Origin: an uncultured Candidatus Saccharibacteria bacterium
Lineage (GTDB): Bacteria; Patescibacteriota; Minisyncoccia; Phycocordibacterales; JACOZG01
Direction: 5' to 3'
DNA length: 64,000 nt
NCBI GenBank assembly: GCA_964360815.1
Contig: CAYHYA010000001.1
Span: 5,574-69,573 of the forward strand
Shown here: piece by piece, positions 18,500 through 28,476 of the stretch
Numbering within the stretch: position 1 is the stretch's first letter
Layout: each line of letters starts with the position of its first letter
Program-made: the position numbers and the translations under genes
The notes under the pieces: model-generated
Told to the model about the DNA's origin: nothing
Databases searched by the model: none
The model's input: only the letters and a program-made list of their open reading frames with translations

Positions 18500-18762
18500 T
18501 GAACTACTATTACGCGCCGTCATTCTTAAGGCAACTTAAAAAACTTGATCCAGCCATTCAAGCTGAAGCCATCGAAAAAATAAGTTTATTTAAAACCGGG
18601 GACTATGGTCGGCAACTAAAAGTTCACAAGTTAAGTGGTTGGCTAAATGATCGCTATAGTTTTTCTGTTGATTATCGCGTTCGAATCGTTTTCACCTACG
18701 TACACAAAAGAAAAGGTATCCTTTTTGTCGCAATCGGTGACCACGACGTGTACAAAAACTAG
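18499..18762 (+). CDS. parE: RelE/ParE-family toxin
   Basis: 87 aa. YRVRIVFTYVHKRKGILFVAIGDHDVYKN matches the C-terminal RelE/ParE signature. Confidence 0.65.
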   Translation: MNYYYAPSFLRQLKKLDPAIQAEAIEKISLFKTGDYGRQLKVHKLSGWLNDRYSFSVDYRVRIVFTYVHKRKGILFVAIGDHDVYKN

Positions 18763-20063
18763 CTTAAGCGTTTGGCCAGTTCATTAATTGGCACTCGTTC
18801 TTGTTTTCCGGTGTCGCGATCGCGCAGGGTCACCGTGTCGTCATCGAGGGTTTGAAAATCAATGGTGAGACAGGCCGGAGTACCAATCTCGTCCTGACGG
18901 CGATAGCGCTTGCCGATGTTGCCATGGTCGTCCCAAGCAAGCGCCGGTTGTTCTCTTTTAAGGGCGGTGTAAACGGTTCGGGCTTTGGCCACCAACTCCG
19001 GCTTATTTTTCAAAAGCGGAAAGACGGCCGCTCGAACCGGCGCGAGGCGCGCCGGCAAACGGAGAAACGTTCGCGGTTCGCCCCCCAACTCATCTTCGGT
19101 ATAGGCGCTGACGAGCACGGCTAAAATGGCGCGGCCGACCCCAAGCGAGGGTTCGATCACGTGCGGCACAATCTTTTCGTTGGTTTCTTGATTTAAAAAA
19201 GAGAGGTCAACACCACTCGAAGTCATGTGGCTTTTCAAGTCGTGATCAGTGCGATAGGCCAAGCCAAATAATTCTTTCTGGCCAAATGGAAACTCAAACT
19301 CGAAATCAACCGTTCGCTTGGAGTAATGGGCGCGATCGCCGTCGGTAATTTCTAGCTCGTGGATTTTTTTTGGATCAATTCCCACCGCCTCAATAAAACG
19401 CCAGATCTCCTTTTGCCACATCTCGAACGCGCCGCGCCAATCTTCCGGTTTAACGAAATATTCCACCTCCATTTGTTCCAGCTCGCGAACTCGAAACAGG
19501 AAATCGCGAGGCGCGATTTCATTTCTAAAGGCCTTGCCGATCTGGGCGATACCGAAAGGTAATTCCGGATGAAACGAGTCGACGATATTTTTAAAATTAG
19601 TAAAAATCCCCTGCGCCGTTTCCGGACGAAGATAGGCCAAAGAAGATTCGTCTCGGGTGGCACCGAGATTCGTTTCCAACATCAAATAGAACTGTCTCGC
19701 TTCACCCAACTTCCCACCACAGTCCGGACATTTTTCCGAGTCGGTTAAATGGTCGGTGCGAAAACGTCGTTGGCACTTTTCGCATTCAGAAAGCCGGTCG
19801 GCAAAACCGCGAGCGTGGCCACTGGCTTGGAGAACCTCCTGCTTAGTGACGATCGCCGAATCAAGACCATACATTTCCTCTCGGTCGGTGACAAACTGCT
19901 TCCACCACAATTGGGTTAGGTTGTTTTTGAGCGAAAGTCCATATGGTCCGTAGTCAAAAAAACCGGCCAGCCCACCGTAGATATCCGCGCTCGGATAGAT
20001 AAACCCGCGCCGTTTACACAGCGAGACTATTTTTTCCAATAATGACTGGTCAGAAGTAATCAT
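18759..20063 (-). CDS. glyQS: Glycyl-tRNA synthetase (alpha2 type)
   Basis: Class II motifs, a zinc-knuckle insertion (CEKCQRRF...CPDCG) and a C-terminal anticodon-binding domain. The length fits dimeric GlyRS. Confidence 0.85.
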   Translation of the reverse strand: MITSDQSLLEKIVSLCKRRGFIYPSADIYGGLAGFFDYGPYGLSLKNNLTQLWWKQFVTDREEMYGLDSAIVTKQEVLQASGHARGFADRLSECEKCQRRFRTDHLTDSEKCPDCGGKLGEARQFYLMLETNLGATRDESSLAYLRPETAQGIFTNFKNIVDSFHPELPFGIAQIGKAFRNEIAPRDFLFRVRELEQMEVEYFVKPEDWRGAFEMWQKEIWRFIEAVGIDPKKIHELEITDGDRAHYSKRTVDFEFEFPFGQKELFGLAYRTDHDLKSHMTSSGVDLSFLNQETNEKIVPHVIEPSLGVGRAILAVLVSAYTEDELGGEPRTFLRLPARLAPVRAAVFPLLKNKPELVAKARTVYTALKREQPALAWDDHGNIGKRYRRQDEIGTPACLTIDFQTLDDDTVTLRDRDTGKQERVPINELAKRLS

Positions 20064-21997
20064 GGGGCCACACGGTCGTCACCGAAATTAAATTCCGGAT
20101 CGTTTAATAATTTGGTGTCGAGCGCCCGGCGCTCGTAATTAAGAACCTGTCCGGTGTAGCCGTCAATACCCGTAAGCGTTGAGGCCGTAACCAGAACCGG
20201 CGCCTGACTGATCTGACTAACGCTCGGTTTCAGGGCTACCTGAAAAGCCAGTTCGCGGGCGGCCGACGACACACCTCGACCGGCCTCGACGGTCTCGAGA
20301 TCCCAAGTCACCTCGCCGGTAGCTTCGTTGAAACTGACTTTTTCTGTGGTTGGACTGATTAGGCCAAGCCAACGAACGTAGGTTGGTAGGGTCGCCTTAA
20401 CCGTGGCCTCGTGAACAGCATTCGAAGAATTGACCACCGACCAAACAATGGCATAGCTCGTTTCTAGGCCCACGCGTGGCGGCAACGGGCCGGTATTCAC
20501 AAACGGGCCGTTCCGACGTAAGACCTCGGCGGCCAGTTGGAAAACCGAATTAACTTTGATCCGTTGATTGATGCTTGAGTCCACCGGCTCGTCCGGCAAA
20601 CCGGTGGCGATTTGTCGGCCGGTAAAGCGAAAGGAAAAATTGATGTTAGGATTTTCTATAATTGATCGTTGGTTGTCATTACCAATTAACGGTTTAGTGG
20701 AAAAGGTGAAGCTCGCTTGACCGGTGGCTCCCGGTGCTAGTCGTGCTAACGCTGATTTAGTCCCGCGATGCCAAACGATTTTGTCTTCCGACGACTGATA
20801 AAAACCGTCAGCGACATTCACCGAGCGTTCGTCGAGTACGGCACCATCAATTAAAACCTCGATGCGCCCATCAATAATTTCGGTTGGCAGATTGTTGACC
20901 CAGGATAAATCGAGCCGCAACAAGTCGCCACTCGAAGTCGTTCGGTCGCCGCTTGCCGCTTGACCGTTAACCGTTACCGCCAAACCAACTTGCGGTCGTT
21001 TGATCGTCACCGGTTGAAACAATTCATCGTAAACCAGGTCAAGTTCCTCTTCCGTGGCACCGGTTTTAACCGAGCCGACAGAAAAGCGAAAAGACTTTGA
21101 ATCGTCCTGCTGACCATCAAGCGCGCCAACGAGCACAATTTTCTTTTGGCCGCCGGCCAGTAATTCTCCGAGGCGCCAAAAATTGTGGTTGGCCGCCGGC
21201 GCGGGTGTGGCGTTTTTGAAAGTAAAGCCCGGCGGGTAATCGGCTCGCAAAGCGAGATCTTTGACCGGGGAAGTTGAGTTGGCCAAAACTTCAAGCGTCA
21301 ACGTTAAGGGTTGACCGGCATTGACCTCGGCTGGCGAATCGATCGCCAAGGAAACCGGCGAATCAGTAATCAGATAGCGATACAGAAAAACCTTGTCGAA
21401 AATGGCGTTGGAATCAGCCAGACGATATTCGGCGGTAACTTTTATTTCTTGTTCGGCTTCTTTCTCACCAAAAACCACGGCTCGAATATCTTGACTAATC
21501 ACCGCCCCGGGTTTGATCGTGCCGAGCGCCCAACGCTCGCGAGTTAAAACTTTGGCTAGGTCGGTCGCCGCGCGCGTCCCGGCCGGATATTCCACCACCA
21601 AATCAACCGCCTGAAGAGCGGCGGTGTTGTGATTGCTGACCAAAATTTGTAACGACAGAGTTTCACCTGCGGCCACGGTTTTTTCGCCGGCGACGGTCAG
21701 ATCAACATTGGCTGAAGAGACCACGTTGCTGCCATGATAAAAAATGTAAGTTGCCGTCCCCACCGAACCAAGAAAGAACGCTAGCGCGATCAAGAAAATA
21801 AGGCGGAGAAAAAATGAGCGACGGGGAGGCGAAATGCTTTCTGCTTGTGGTGAAGACTGATCGCTCGACCAATCCGGGACAGCGGTGTCGGCCCGGCTAG
21901 ACGACAGGGCTGATCGCCGAAGCGGCACTGGTTTGTCGCCCAGAGCATACAGTTTACGCTTAAAGCGCTCGATTCTTTCTTCGCCCCCGTTTAGCAT
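20060..21997 (-). CDS. Membrane-anchored hypothetical protein with multiple beta-sandwich (DUF11/CARDB-like) repeats
   Basis: N-terminal cytoplasmic tail, a TM helix (FFLRLIFLIALAFFLGSVG), then ~550 aa of repeated beta-rich segments. It overlaps glyQS by 4 nt. Confidence 0.4.
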   Translation of the reverse strand: MLNGGEERIERFKRKLYALGDKPVPLRRSALSSSRADTAVPDWSSDQSSPQAESISPPRRSFFLRLIFLIALAFFLGSVGTATYIFYHGSNVVSSANVDLTVAGEKTVAAGETLSLQILVSNHNTAALQAVDLVVEYPAGTRAATDLAKVLTRERWALGTIKPGAVISQDIRAVVFGEKEAEQEIKVTAEYRLADSNAIFDKVFLYRYLITDSPVSLAIDSPAEVNAGQPLTLTLEVLANSTSPVKDLALRADYPPGFTFKNATPAPAANHNFWRLGELLAGGQKKIVLVGALDGQQDDSKSFRFSVGSVKTGATEEELDLVYDELFQPVTIKRPQVGLAVTVNGQAASGDRTTSSGDLLRLDLSWVNNLPTEIIDGRIEVLIDGAVLDERSVNVADGFYQSSEDKIVWHRGTKSALARLAPGATGQASFTFSTKPLIGNDNQRSIIENPNINFSFRFTGRQIATGLPDEPVDSSINQRIKVNSVFQLAAEVLRRNGPFVNTGPLPPRVGLETSYAIVWSVVNSSNAVHEATVKATLPTYVRWLGLISPTTEKVSFNEATGEVTWDLETVEAGRGVSSAARELAFQVALKPSVSQISQAPVLVTASTLTGIDGYTGQVLNYERRALDTKLLNDPEFNFGDDRVAP

Positions 21998-22024
21998 TTG
22001 ACGTATTATATCACAGCCCTCGAC

Positions 22025-22618
22025 CTAAAGATGGCTATGATAAAGCGCTTGTTCAATCAGCTTCGCCGTCAGTTGACGATGTGGAGTAAATTTCGCGAGC
22101 GCCAACTTCGACCAAGCGGTTGGTGGAACGAATGAATCAAGCTGTTTCGCCCCGGGCCAATAACCAAGAACTCCGAGCAGGCGCAGGGTAGCGACAAGTT
22201 CGTAATTTAAAACATCCTCCGGCGATAACTGTTGCTTGGTTAAAAAAACTAAGGCCTGTTCTAATTCCCGATAAACCCTCGGTCGTCGCCCCTCGGCGAC
22301 CACCAACCGGCCAAGCAAGTTAAGTAGGGCGACAAACTTAACGTGACGTTCCCGAACTAGTCCGGAGGCGTTCAAGAAAAATTCGTCCGGCTCGGCATGA
22401 ATTAGCCGCCAACCCATTCGACCGGCGACCAAACCCAGACGAACCGGTCCAAGATACTGAAGGGTGTAACGCAGTTTTGATTTCAATTCCCGAACACTAA
22501 CCGCGAGGGCCGTGACCCGACCAAGACGACTAGTGAATAAATCAAACAATTGATTCGACTCACCCACCGCGCGGCGGTTCAAAATAAAACCCTCGGTTTG
22601 ATAGAGGTGGCGAGACAA
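22025..22618 (-). CDS. recO: DNA repair protein RecO
   Basis: TEGFILNRRAVGESNQLFDLFTSRLGRVTALA matches the RecO N-terminal OB-fold consensus. Confidence 0.7.
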   Translation of the reverse strand: MSRHLYQTEGFILNRRAVGESNQLFDLFTSRLGRVTALAVSVRELKSKLRYTLQYLGPVRLGLVAGRMGWRLIHAEPDEFFLNASGLVRERHVKFVALLNLLGRLVVAEGRRPRVYRELEQALVFLTKQQLSPEDVLNYELVATLRLLGVLGYWPGAKQLDSFVPPTAWSKLALAKFTPHRQLTAKLIEQALYHSHL

Positions 22619-22622
22619 GTTA

Positions 22623-25600
22623 TTAGGTCGGCTTGATGATTTCTAAATCGAAAACCGGCGTGGCGGTCGTTTCCGCTGTTTCCTTGTCGGCCCGAACAAT
22701 TTCGATCTTCGAAAGCGTGGCCGTTTGCCAAAGAAATGACTCGGCGGCCTTGATCAGTTTTTCGCCCGAAGTACTCGTCGTCACTCGCAAGCTAGCCAAC
22801 TCGCCAGCCAGTAATCCAGATTTTTTTCGCTGATCCTGAATCTGTCGAACGAGTTCTCGTAAATCGCCCTCGAACTTTAGTTCTGGTGTGAGGGTGGTGT
22901 CTAGCTCAACCGTCGCCGCCAAATCATTTTGCCAAACCACTTCCTTAACATTAACTTCATCTTTGATTAAACTGATTAGCTCGTCGGTCAAATCGGGAGT
23001 GACTCCCCTGACGGCCAATCGAGCCAACGGTTGCCTGATCTTTATTCCGGCTTTAACCCGCGCCTCAAGAGCCAAAGATGCTAACTGACGAACCTGTGCC
23101 ATGTCGTTCAAAAGTTTTTCGTTCGCTGTTTCGCCAACAGTGGTTGTTTTATTTTTTTCGAGATTAGGCCAATCGGTTAGATGGACGCTGGTTGGGTCAG
23201 TGGGGTAACGAAGTTTCTGGTAAATTTGTTCGGCGAGAAACGGCGTCAAGGGAGCGAGTAAACGAGACAGTCGTTTAAGAATCTGCCCGAGCGCGAGCGA
23301 AGCGTGTTGGCGCTCGGCCGGTGAGCCAACGCGGAAACGATCTCGTGACCGCCGCAAATACCACTGCGACAGATCAGCCACAAACTCACGCAAGGCGCGA
23401 GCGGCGGCGGTGATCTCGTAACGTTCGAGTCCCCGCGTGACTTCAACCGTTAAACGATCCAGCAACAAATTAATCCACCGATCGAGCACCGGGGTTGCCG
23501 CCCGATCGGGCGGCTTGACGGTTTCAAGTTCAAGGTCAACTGGATAAAGTTCGTAGAAAGATAAGACGTTGGTGATTGGGTTTATAAATTTCTTAACCAC
23601 CTCAAAAACGGTTTGCTCGTCGAAGTTCTTCGACTCGCCGGGTTGATTGATGCTATACATCCAAAAACGCAAAGCGTCGACACCGTATTTGTCTATCATT
23701 AATTGCGGATCGACCACGTTGCCGACCGACTTAGACATTTTCTTACCGGCCGCGTCCAAAATGTGCCCCAGGCAAACGACGTTTTTGTATGGCGTTCCGC
23801 GGTCAAGAATCACGCCAATCGCGAGCAGGGTGTAAAACCAGCCACGAGTTTGATCAATGGCTTCGGCAATGTAATCGGCCGGATAAAGAATTTTGTCGGG
23901 GGTAGAAATTTGGGAAGCGAGCGGCATGGCGCCGGAATCAAACCAAACGTCCAGCACCTCGGGCACTCGTTTAAGCACTTGGCCACTTTCACTAACCAGT
24001 TCGAGCTCGTCAATAAACGGCCGGTGCAGATCAAGTTCATAGTCGGCGTTGTGCGGGAGTGGGACAAAGGGAATTTCTTTCACCTCGGCATTATTCAACC
24101 ATAAATCTCTCGAGATCTGCCCACTTCTCTCGTCATCGGCTCCTTCTGTCACCATCATGAGGGACTCGTAGGTGATCGCATGACCAACAATCAGGATTAC
24201 TTCGTTGGCGTGTTTTTTCTCTAAATCATAAATAAAACTACCGAAACGCCGCTTGGCCTCTTTTAAACTTTCTCCGTCGGAAGGAATAGCGGTGAAATAA
24301 TCGGGTACACCAACTGACCAATTATTAAATTCCGAGCTTGGTTTATCGCTATAAATTCCGAAATCATATTCCCGCAAACGGTTATCAAAAATAATTTCGG
24401 TCGGATTAAATTTAAGCTCTCTTACTACCAAATCAGCCGTTTCGCGACAGCGCACCAGCGGCGAAGAAAAAATTTTCGTGACACCGAGTTTACGTAATTG
24501 ATCAACACTTGCTACGACCTGCTTTTTCCCTGTCTCGGTTAGGTGGTAAAGAACGTGCTCGTTGTTTGTGAATAAGTCTTTTACCTGATGCTCACCTTCC
24601 CCATGACGCATGACCAAATACCGATTGCCCGAACGTTTCGTGTGGGCTTTAAGTTCGGCGAGTGATCCAATCACCACCCTTTCTTGACCATCAGTCGATT
24701 GCCAAACCGGTAAAGGCGTCCCCCAATAGCGTTCGCGTGAAATCGCCCAATCTTTAACCTCCGTTAACCACTCGCCAAAGCGGCCATTTTTTATATGTTC
24801 CGGCACCCAATTAATTTTTTGATTTTCGGACAACAATTTTTCTTTGAGGGCCGACATCTTGAGGTACCAGGAATCGCGAGCGTAGTAGATCAGCGGGGTT
24901 TTACAACGCCAACAAAAAGGATAGGTGTGGACGATGGACTCGGCTTGGAAAAGTTTCTGCTGGTGCTTTAGTTCGGTGACGATAAGTGGGCTAGCATCAT
25001 TAACCAATTGGCCAGCCCACAATTTGACCTCCGGCTTAAAACGTCCGTCTTCGGCCACCAGATGATATTTCGGCAAACCAACCGCCGTGCCGAGCGCGAA
25101 ATCATCCACACCATACATCACCGCCGTATGGACAATCCCGGTCCCCTCCTCGGCCGACACGAAGTCGGCCGGATAAATTTGGAAGGCGTTGGGCAATTTA
25201 TTTTTTTCGGCGGGCGGCAAATTATCGGCCAGAGACGAGAAAAGAGGGTGGTATTTCTGGCCAACCAATTCTCGACCAGGAACCGTCGAAATAACTCTAA
25301 CCGTTTCGGTGGTAAATAATTTAGAAACAAGACTGGCGAGTAAAATATATTTGCTGTTCGCCGCCTGAACCAGCGCGTATTCCAAATTCGGATTAACCGC
25401 CAAAGCGACGTTGCCGGGCAGAGTCCACGGCGTTGTGGTCCAAGCCAAAAAATAAGTCCCCGGGTCGTTGACCAATTCAAACTTAACGTAAACCGCCGTT
25501 GCCGTGACTTCGGTATAACCCTGGGCCAACTCGTGACTCGAAAGCGCCGTCCCGCAACGCGGACACCACGGAACCACTTTGTAATCTTGATAGAGCAGGC

Positions 25601-26123
25601 CGCGGTCGGCCGCGTGTTTAATGATGCTCCAAACCGACTCGATGTATCTCGGTTCATAGGTGACGTAGGGATGATCTTGGTCAATCCAAAAACCGATTCG
25701 TTCGGTAAATTGCCGCCAGTCGGTTAAATATTTCCAAACGCTGTCGCGACAACGCTGGTTGAAGGCGACGAGACCATACTGTTCAATCTCTTTTTTTGAT
25801 TTCAGGCCAAGCTGTTTTTCGACTTCGAGTTCAACCGGCAAACCGTGCGTGTCCCAACCGGCGCGCCGCGCCACCCGATAACCCTGCATCGTGCGAAAGC
25901 GCGGAATAATATCTTTGAACGCCCGGGCTTCGATGTGGTGGATCCCGGGCCGACCATTGGCCGTCGGCGGCCCTTCATAGAAAACGAAGTCACCCCGCGG
26001 CGCGGATTTTGTCAGTGACTGTTCAAAGATTTTATTCTCCCGCCAAAACTGAAGAATGGCTTCTTCTTTTTTAGCTAAATCTGATGGTTCGTTATTTTTT
26101 GGTTCGATCATTAACGAACGCAT
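22623..26123 (-). CDS. ileS: Isoleucyl-tRNA synthetase carrying an inserted histidine-phosphatase (PGAM-like) domain
   Basis: HIGH region PTANGRPGIHHIEARAFKD and KMSKS. About 200 aa (residues ~497-700, nt ~24026..24635) contain RHGEGEH...LTETG...SSPLVRCRETA...VGHAITY, the histidine-phosphatase signature. Confidence 0.85.
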   Translation of the reverse strand: MRSLMIEPKNNEPSDLAKKEEAILQFWRENKIFEQSLTKSAPRGDFVFYEGPPTANGRPGIHHIEARAFKDIIPRFRTMQGYRVARRAGWDTHGLPVELEVEKQLGLKSKKEIEQYGLVAFNQRCRDSVWKYLTDWRQFTERIGFWIDQDHPYVTYEPRYIESVWSIIKHAADRGLLYQDYKVVPWCPRCGTALSSHELAQGYTEVTATAVYVKFELVNDPGTYFLAWTTTPWTLPGNVALAVNPNLEYALVQAANSKYILLASLVSKLFTTETVRVISTVPGRELVGQKYHPLFSSLADNLPPAEKNKLPNAFQIYPADFVSAEEGTGIVHTAVMYGVDDFALGTAVGLPKYHLVAEDGRFKPEVKLWAGQLVNDASPLIVTELKHQQKLFQAESIVHTYPFCWRCKTPLIYYARDSWYLKMSALKEKLLSENQKINWVPEHIKNGRFGEWLTEVKDWAISRERYWGTPLPVWQSTDGQERVVIGSLAELKAHTKRSGNRYLVMRHGEGEHQVKDLFTNNEHVLYHLTETGKKQVVASVDQLRKLGVTKIFSSPLVRCRETADLVVRELKFNPTEIIFDNRLREYDFGIYSDKPSSEFNNWSVGVPDYFTAIPSDGESLKEAKRRFGSFIYDLEKKHANEVILIVGHAITYESLMMVTEGADDERSGQISRDLWLNNAEVKEIPFVPLPHNADYELDLHRPFIDELELVSESGQVLKRVPEVLDVWFDSGAMPLASQISTPDKILYPADYIAEAIDQTRGWFYTLLAIGVILDRGTPYKNVVCLGHILDAAGKKMSKSVGNVVDPQLMIDKYGVDALRFWMYSINQPGESKNFDEQTVFEVVKKFINPITNVLSFYELYPVDLELETVKPPDRAATPVLDRWINLLLDRLTVEVTRGLERYEITAAARALREFVADLSQWYLRRSRDRFRVGSPAERQHASLALGQILKRLSRLLAPLTPFLAEQIYQKLRYPTDPTSVHLTDWPNLEKNKTTTVGETANEKLLNDMAQVRQLASLALEARVKAGIKIRQPLARLAVRGVTPDLTDELISLIKDEVNVKEVVWQNDLAATVELDTTLTPELKFEGDLRELVRQIQDQRKKSGLLAGELASLRVTTSTSGEKLIKAAESFLWQTATLSKIEIVRADKETAETTATPVFDLEIIKPT

Positions 26124-26146
26124 GCTAGCATTTTTTTACGCGACAA

Positions 26147-26178
26147 AAAAGCCCCCGCGTGATGAGACGCGAGGGGCA
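26147..26178 (-). terminator. Intrinsic terminator (imperfect GC hairpin plus T6) between the hypothetical gene and the ileS start
   Basis: Minus strand reads GCCCCTCGCGT-ctcatc-ACGCGGGGGC followed by TTTTTT. Confidence 0.4.
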
Positions 26179-26207
26179 AAAATCAATCAAGGTTCAACCA
26201 AGGAAGG

Positions 26208-26705
26208 TCAACGTGACAAAAAGGCAAAAGCCACGCGGTTTTGGTCATCGTGATCAAAAGAACCCAAGGACACGGTCATTGACTCTGCGCCCTCTCTTCC
26301 GTCAATCACTAAAAGATGGAGCGGGTTTTCGTTCACGACGACGATCCGAGATAGACCGCATTTCAACAAACTTTCGTTAGAAATTTCCAGACGGAGATAG
26401 CAAGCGGCCTCAAGCGGTAAGGGCTTTCTGTTCTTTTGATTTTTCGTCAAAAGAATAACGTCGTCAAAAGAAAAAGATTCTTTGGGTAAACTCAAACCGC
26501 AAGCCGTTACAATGTCTACCGCATATCCGACCCCGTTTGTTGGACAAAAATCTTCCGACCGAAGAACGCGGAGCACATCGCCACTCAACGTAAAACCATT
26601 CTCATTGAGATACTTGAGCAACCCTTCCCCAGTAATTCCCCTTGACCGAATACTGTAACCAAATATTTCTGAGCGACGGTAATCATATCGTTGTTTCTCC
26701 CCCAC
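26208..26705 (-). CDS. Hypothetical protein (165 aa)
   Basis: ORF between argS and ileS. No family recognised. Confidence 0.3.
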   Translation of the reverse strand: MGEKQRYDYRRSEIFGYSIRSRGITGEGLLKYLNENGFTLSGDVLRVLRSEDFCPTNGVGYAVDIVTACGLSLPKESFSFDDVILLTKNQKNRKPLPLEAACYLRLEISNESLLKCGLSRIVVVNENPLHLLVIDGREGAESMTVSLGSFDHDDQNRVAFAFLSR

Positions 26706-26782
26706 GCGAGATCACCTCCTTTCTTTTTTTAATTAACCAATCCGACCAAATAACTAGCACGAATAGCCAGACGGGTTAATTG

Positions 26783-28474
26783 TTACATCTCCTCGGGAAT
26801 TGGGATGGCCAAAAGACCCAAGCCGTTTTCAAGCACTTGGGCCGTGGCCTCGGTTAAGGCCAAACGGTAAGACGCCCCCGAGTCGGAATCAATAATCTGA
26901 TTTGCGGCGTAGAAAGTGTTGAACACCGAAGCCAGTCCCAACAGATAACTAACAATCTGTTGCGGCGCATAAGTGGCGGCCGCGCGCGCGGCCGTTTCGG
27001 GAAAACGACCAAGCCAACGTTCCAAAATAATTACCGCGTCAGTGGAAGCATTAACAAACGTGGCCGTTAGACCACGCGACGCGGCCTTCTTCAGCACGGC
27101 CCGCGCCCGAACCAGAGTGTATTGCAGATAAGGACCCGAGTCCCCGGCGAGCGACAAGGCGTGATCCGGATCAAAAATAATATCCTGTCCGGGAGCTTGT
27201 TTCAAGATCCAATACTTAATCGCCCCGAGCGCCACTCGTTCCACGGTCTCGCTTCGAATCTTCTCCGCCAAGTCACGTCCAACCATCTTCGCCTTCACCA
27301 GTGTCGCGACCTCCTCGATCAAACCCTCGCCAGTGATCACATTACCGGCTCGTGACGACATTTTACCAGTCGCTAGACGCAACAGGCCATGACTCAAGTG
27401 TTTGGTTTTCGCGCCAACCGCCGGCGCAATCAAGTTTAAAACTTTCAACACCACGGCAAAATAGGCGTTCTGTTCGTTAGCCGTAACGATCAGCGACTGA
27501 TCCAATTCCGGTTCGAGAGTAAACTTTTCAGTATTCAAACCCAAATCCTTTGCTTCGTAAGTCGGCAAACCAAGAGCGTTAATGAAAACCCGCGTATGCA
27601 AACCATCCTTCTCACCACGGAAAATTATTGCGCCGTCCGTGCCTATTTCAAAAACACCTTTCTCGCGCCACCTTTCAACCAATTCTTGACCAAGCGGCGC
27701 GACGACACTTTCCAGAAAATAGTAATCGAACGCGGTGCCAAGTCGATGATAAATTTCTTCGAAATGAGCCAGGCTGACCTTCTTCCCTTGATCGTACAGT
27801 GCGTTGATCGCCTCGTCGCGGCGTTCAAAAATAACTTTATTCAGAGTTTCGATCGCGATTCGGGCGGCGGGATCAGTATCGTAAGCTTGACTACCACGCG
27901 CGTAGGCCTCGCCCCAACCGCGAATGTCCTCCGGCGGCTGCGGCAATAATCTCGCCGCCCAGATGGCTTTGGCCACATGCAGACCAACATCACCCTGATA
28001 ACAGGCCCGTTTAACCTTCGCCCCTTGCCACGACAGAAGTCGTGCGATCGCTTCGCCGATCGCGTTCGACATCAGGTGGCCGATGTGAAATTCCTTAAAC
28101 GGATTCGGGTCGGTGTACTCAACCATTATTTTCTGGTTGGCCAAAGTCGTGCCCCGACCGTAATTAGTTTTTTCCTGAATAACTTTTTTAATTTCTCCGC
28201 TAAAAAAATCTTTGGTTAAACGGAAGTTAATAAACCCCGGGCCGGCCGGCTCGACCGTGGCCACCATAGTGGGTAATGATTTTTTTAGTTCGACGACAAT
28301 CGTTTCGGCCAACGCGCGCGGCGCACGCTGGCCGGCTTGGGCCAAAACTAGAGCCACGTTGCTTGAATAATCGCCGTGACTTAAATCGGCGGTCGGCCCA
28401 AGCCAAAAGTCGGCCACCGCGAGACCGAGCGCGGCAAGAGCTTGATTAACTTGTTGGCGCAAAATTTCTGTCAT
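26783..28474 (-). CDS. argS: Arginyl-tRNA synthetase
   Basis: HIGH-type motif (FHIGHLMSNAIGEA), the N-terminal Arg_tRNA_synt_N region and a DALR-type C-terminus. Confidence 0.85.
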   Translation of the reverse strand: MTEILRQQVNQALAALGLAVADFWLGPTADLSHGDYSSNVALVLAQAGQRAPRALAETIVVELKKSLPTMVATVEPAGPGFINFRLTKDFFSGEIKKVIQEKTNYGRGTTLANQKIMVEYTDPNPFKEFHIGHLMSNAIGEAIARLLSWQGAKVKRACYQGDVGLHVAKAIWAARLLPQPPEDIRGWGEAYARGSQAYDTDPAARIAIETLNKVIFERRDEAINALYDQGKKVSLAHFEEIYHRLGTAFDYYFLESVVAPLGQELVERWREKGVFEIGTDGAIIFRGEKDGLHTRVFINALGLPTYEAKDLGLNTEKFTLEPELDQSLIVTANEQNAYFAVVLKVLNLIAPAVGAKTKHLSHGLLRLATGKMSSRAGNVITGEGLIEEVATLVKAKMVGRDLAEKIRSETVERVALGAIKYWILKQAPGQDIIFDPDHALSLAGDSGPYLQYTLVRARAVLKKAASRGLTATFVNASTDAVIILERWLGRFPETAARAAATYAPQQIVSYLLGLASVFNTFYAANQIIDSDSGASYRLALTEATAQVLENGLGLLAIPIPEEM

Positions 28475-28476
28475 GA

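Noticed and set aside
19366-19373. A/T homopolymers as phase-variation sites: T8 in glyQS (19366..19373) and A9 in the Wzy-like gene (2853..2861).
   Set aside because: A/T runs encoding Lys-Lys are common in coding sequence, and the glyQS run sits in an essential gene. Only the G/C tracts of 8 nt or longer were treated as candidate contingency switches. The A9 is mentioned under the Wzy-like gene.
23703-24104. 133-aa plus-strand ORF inside ileS, plus other internal ORFs in ileS, argS, metG, ftsK and the pilus genes.
   Set aside because: They are antisense to long conserved genes and have no features of their own.
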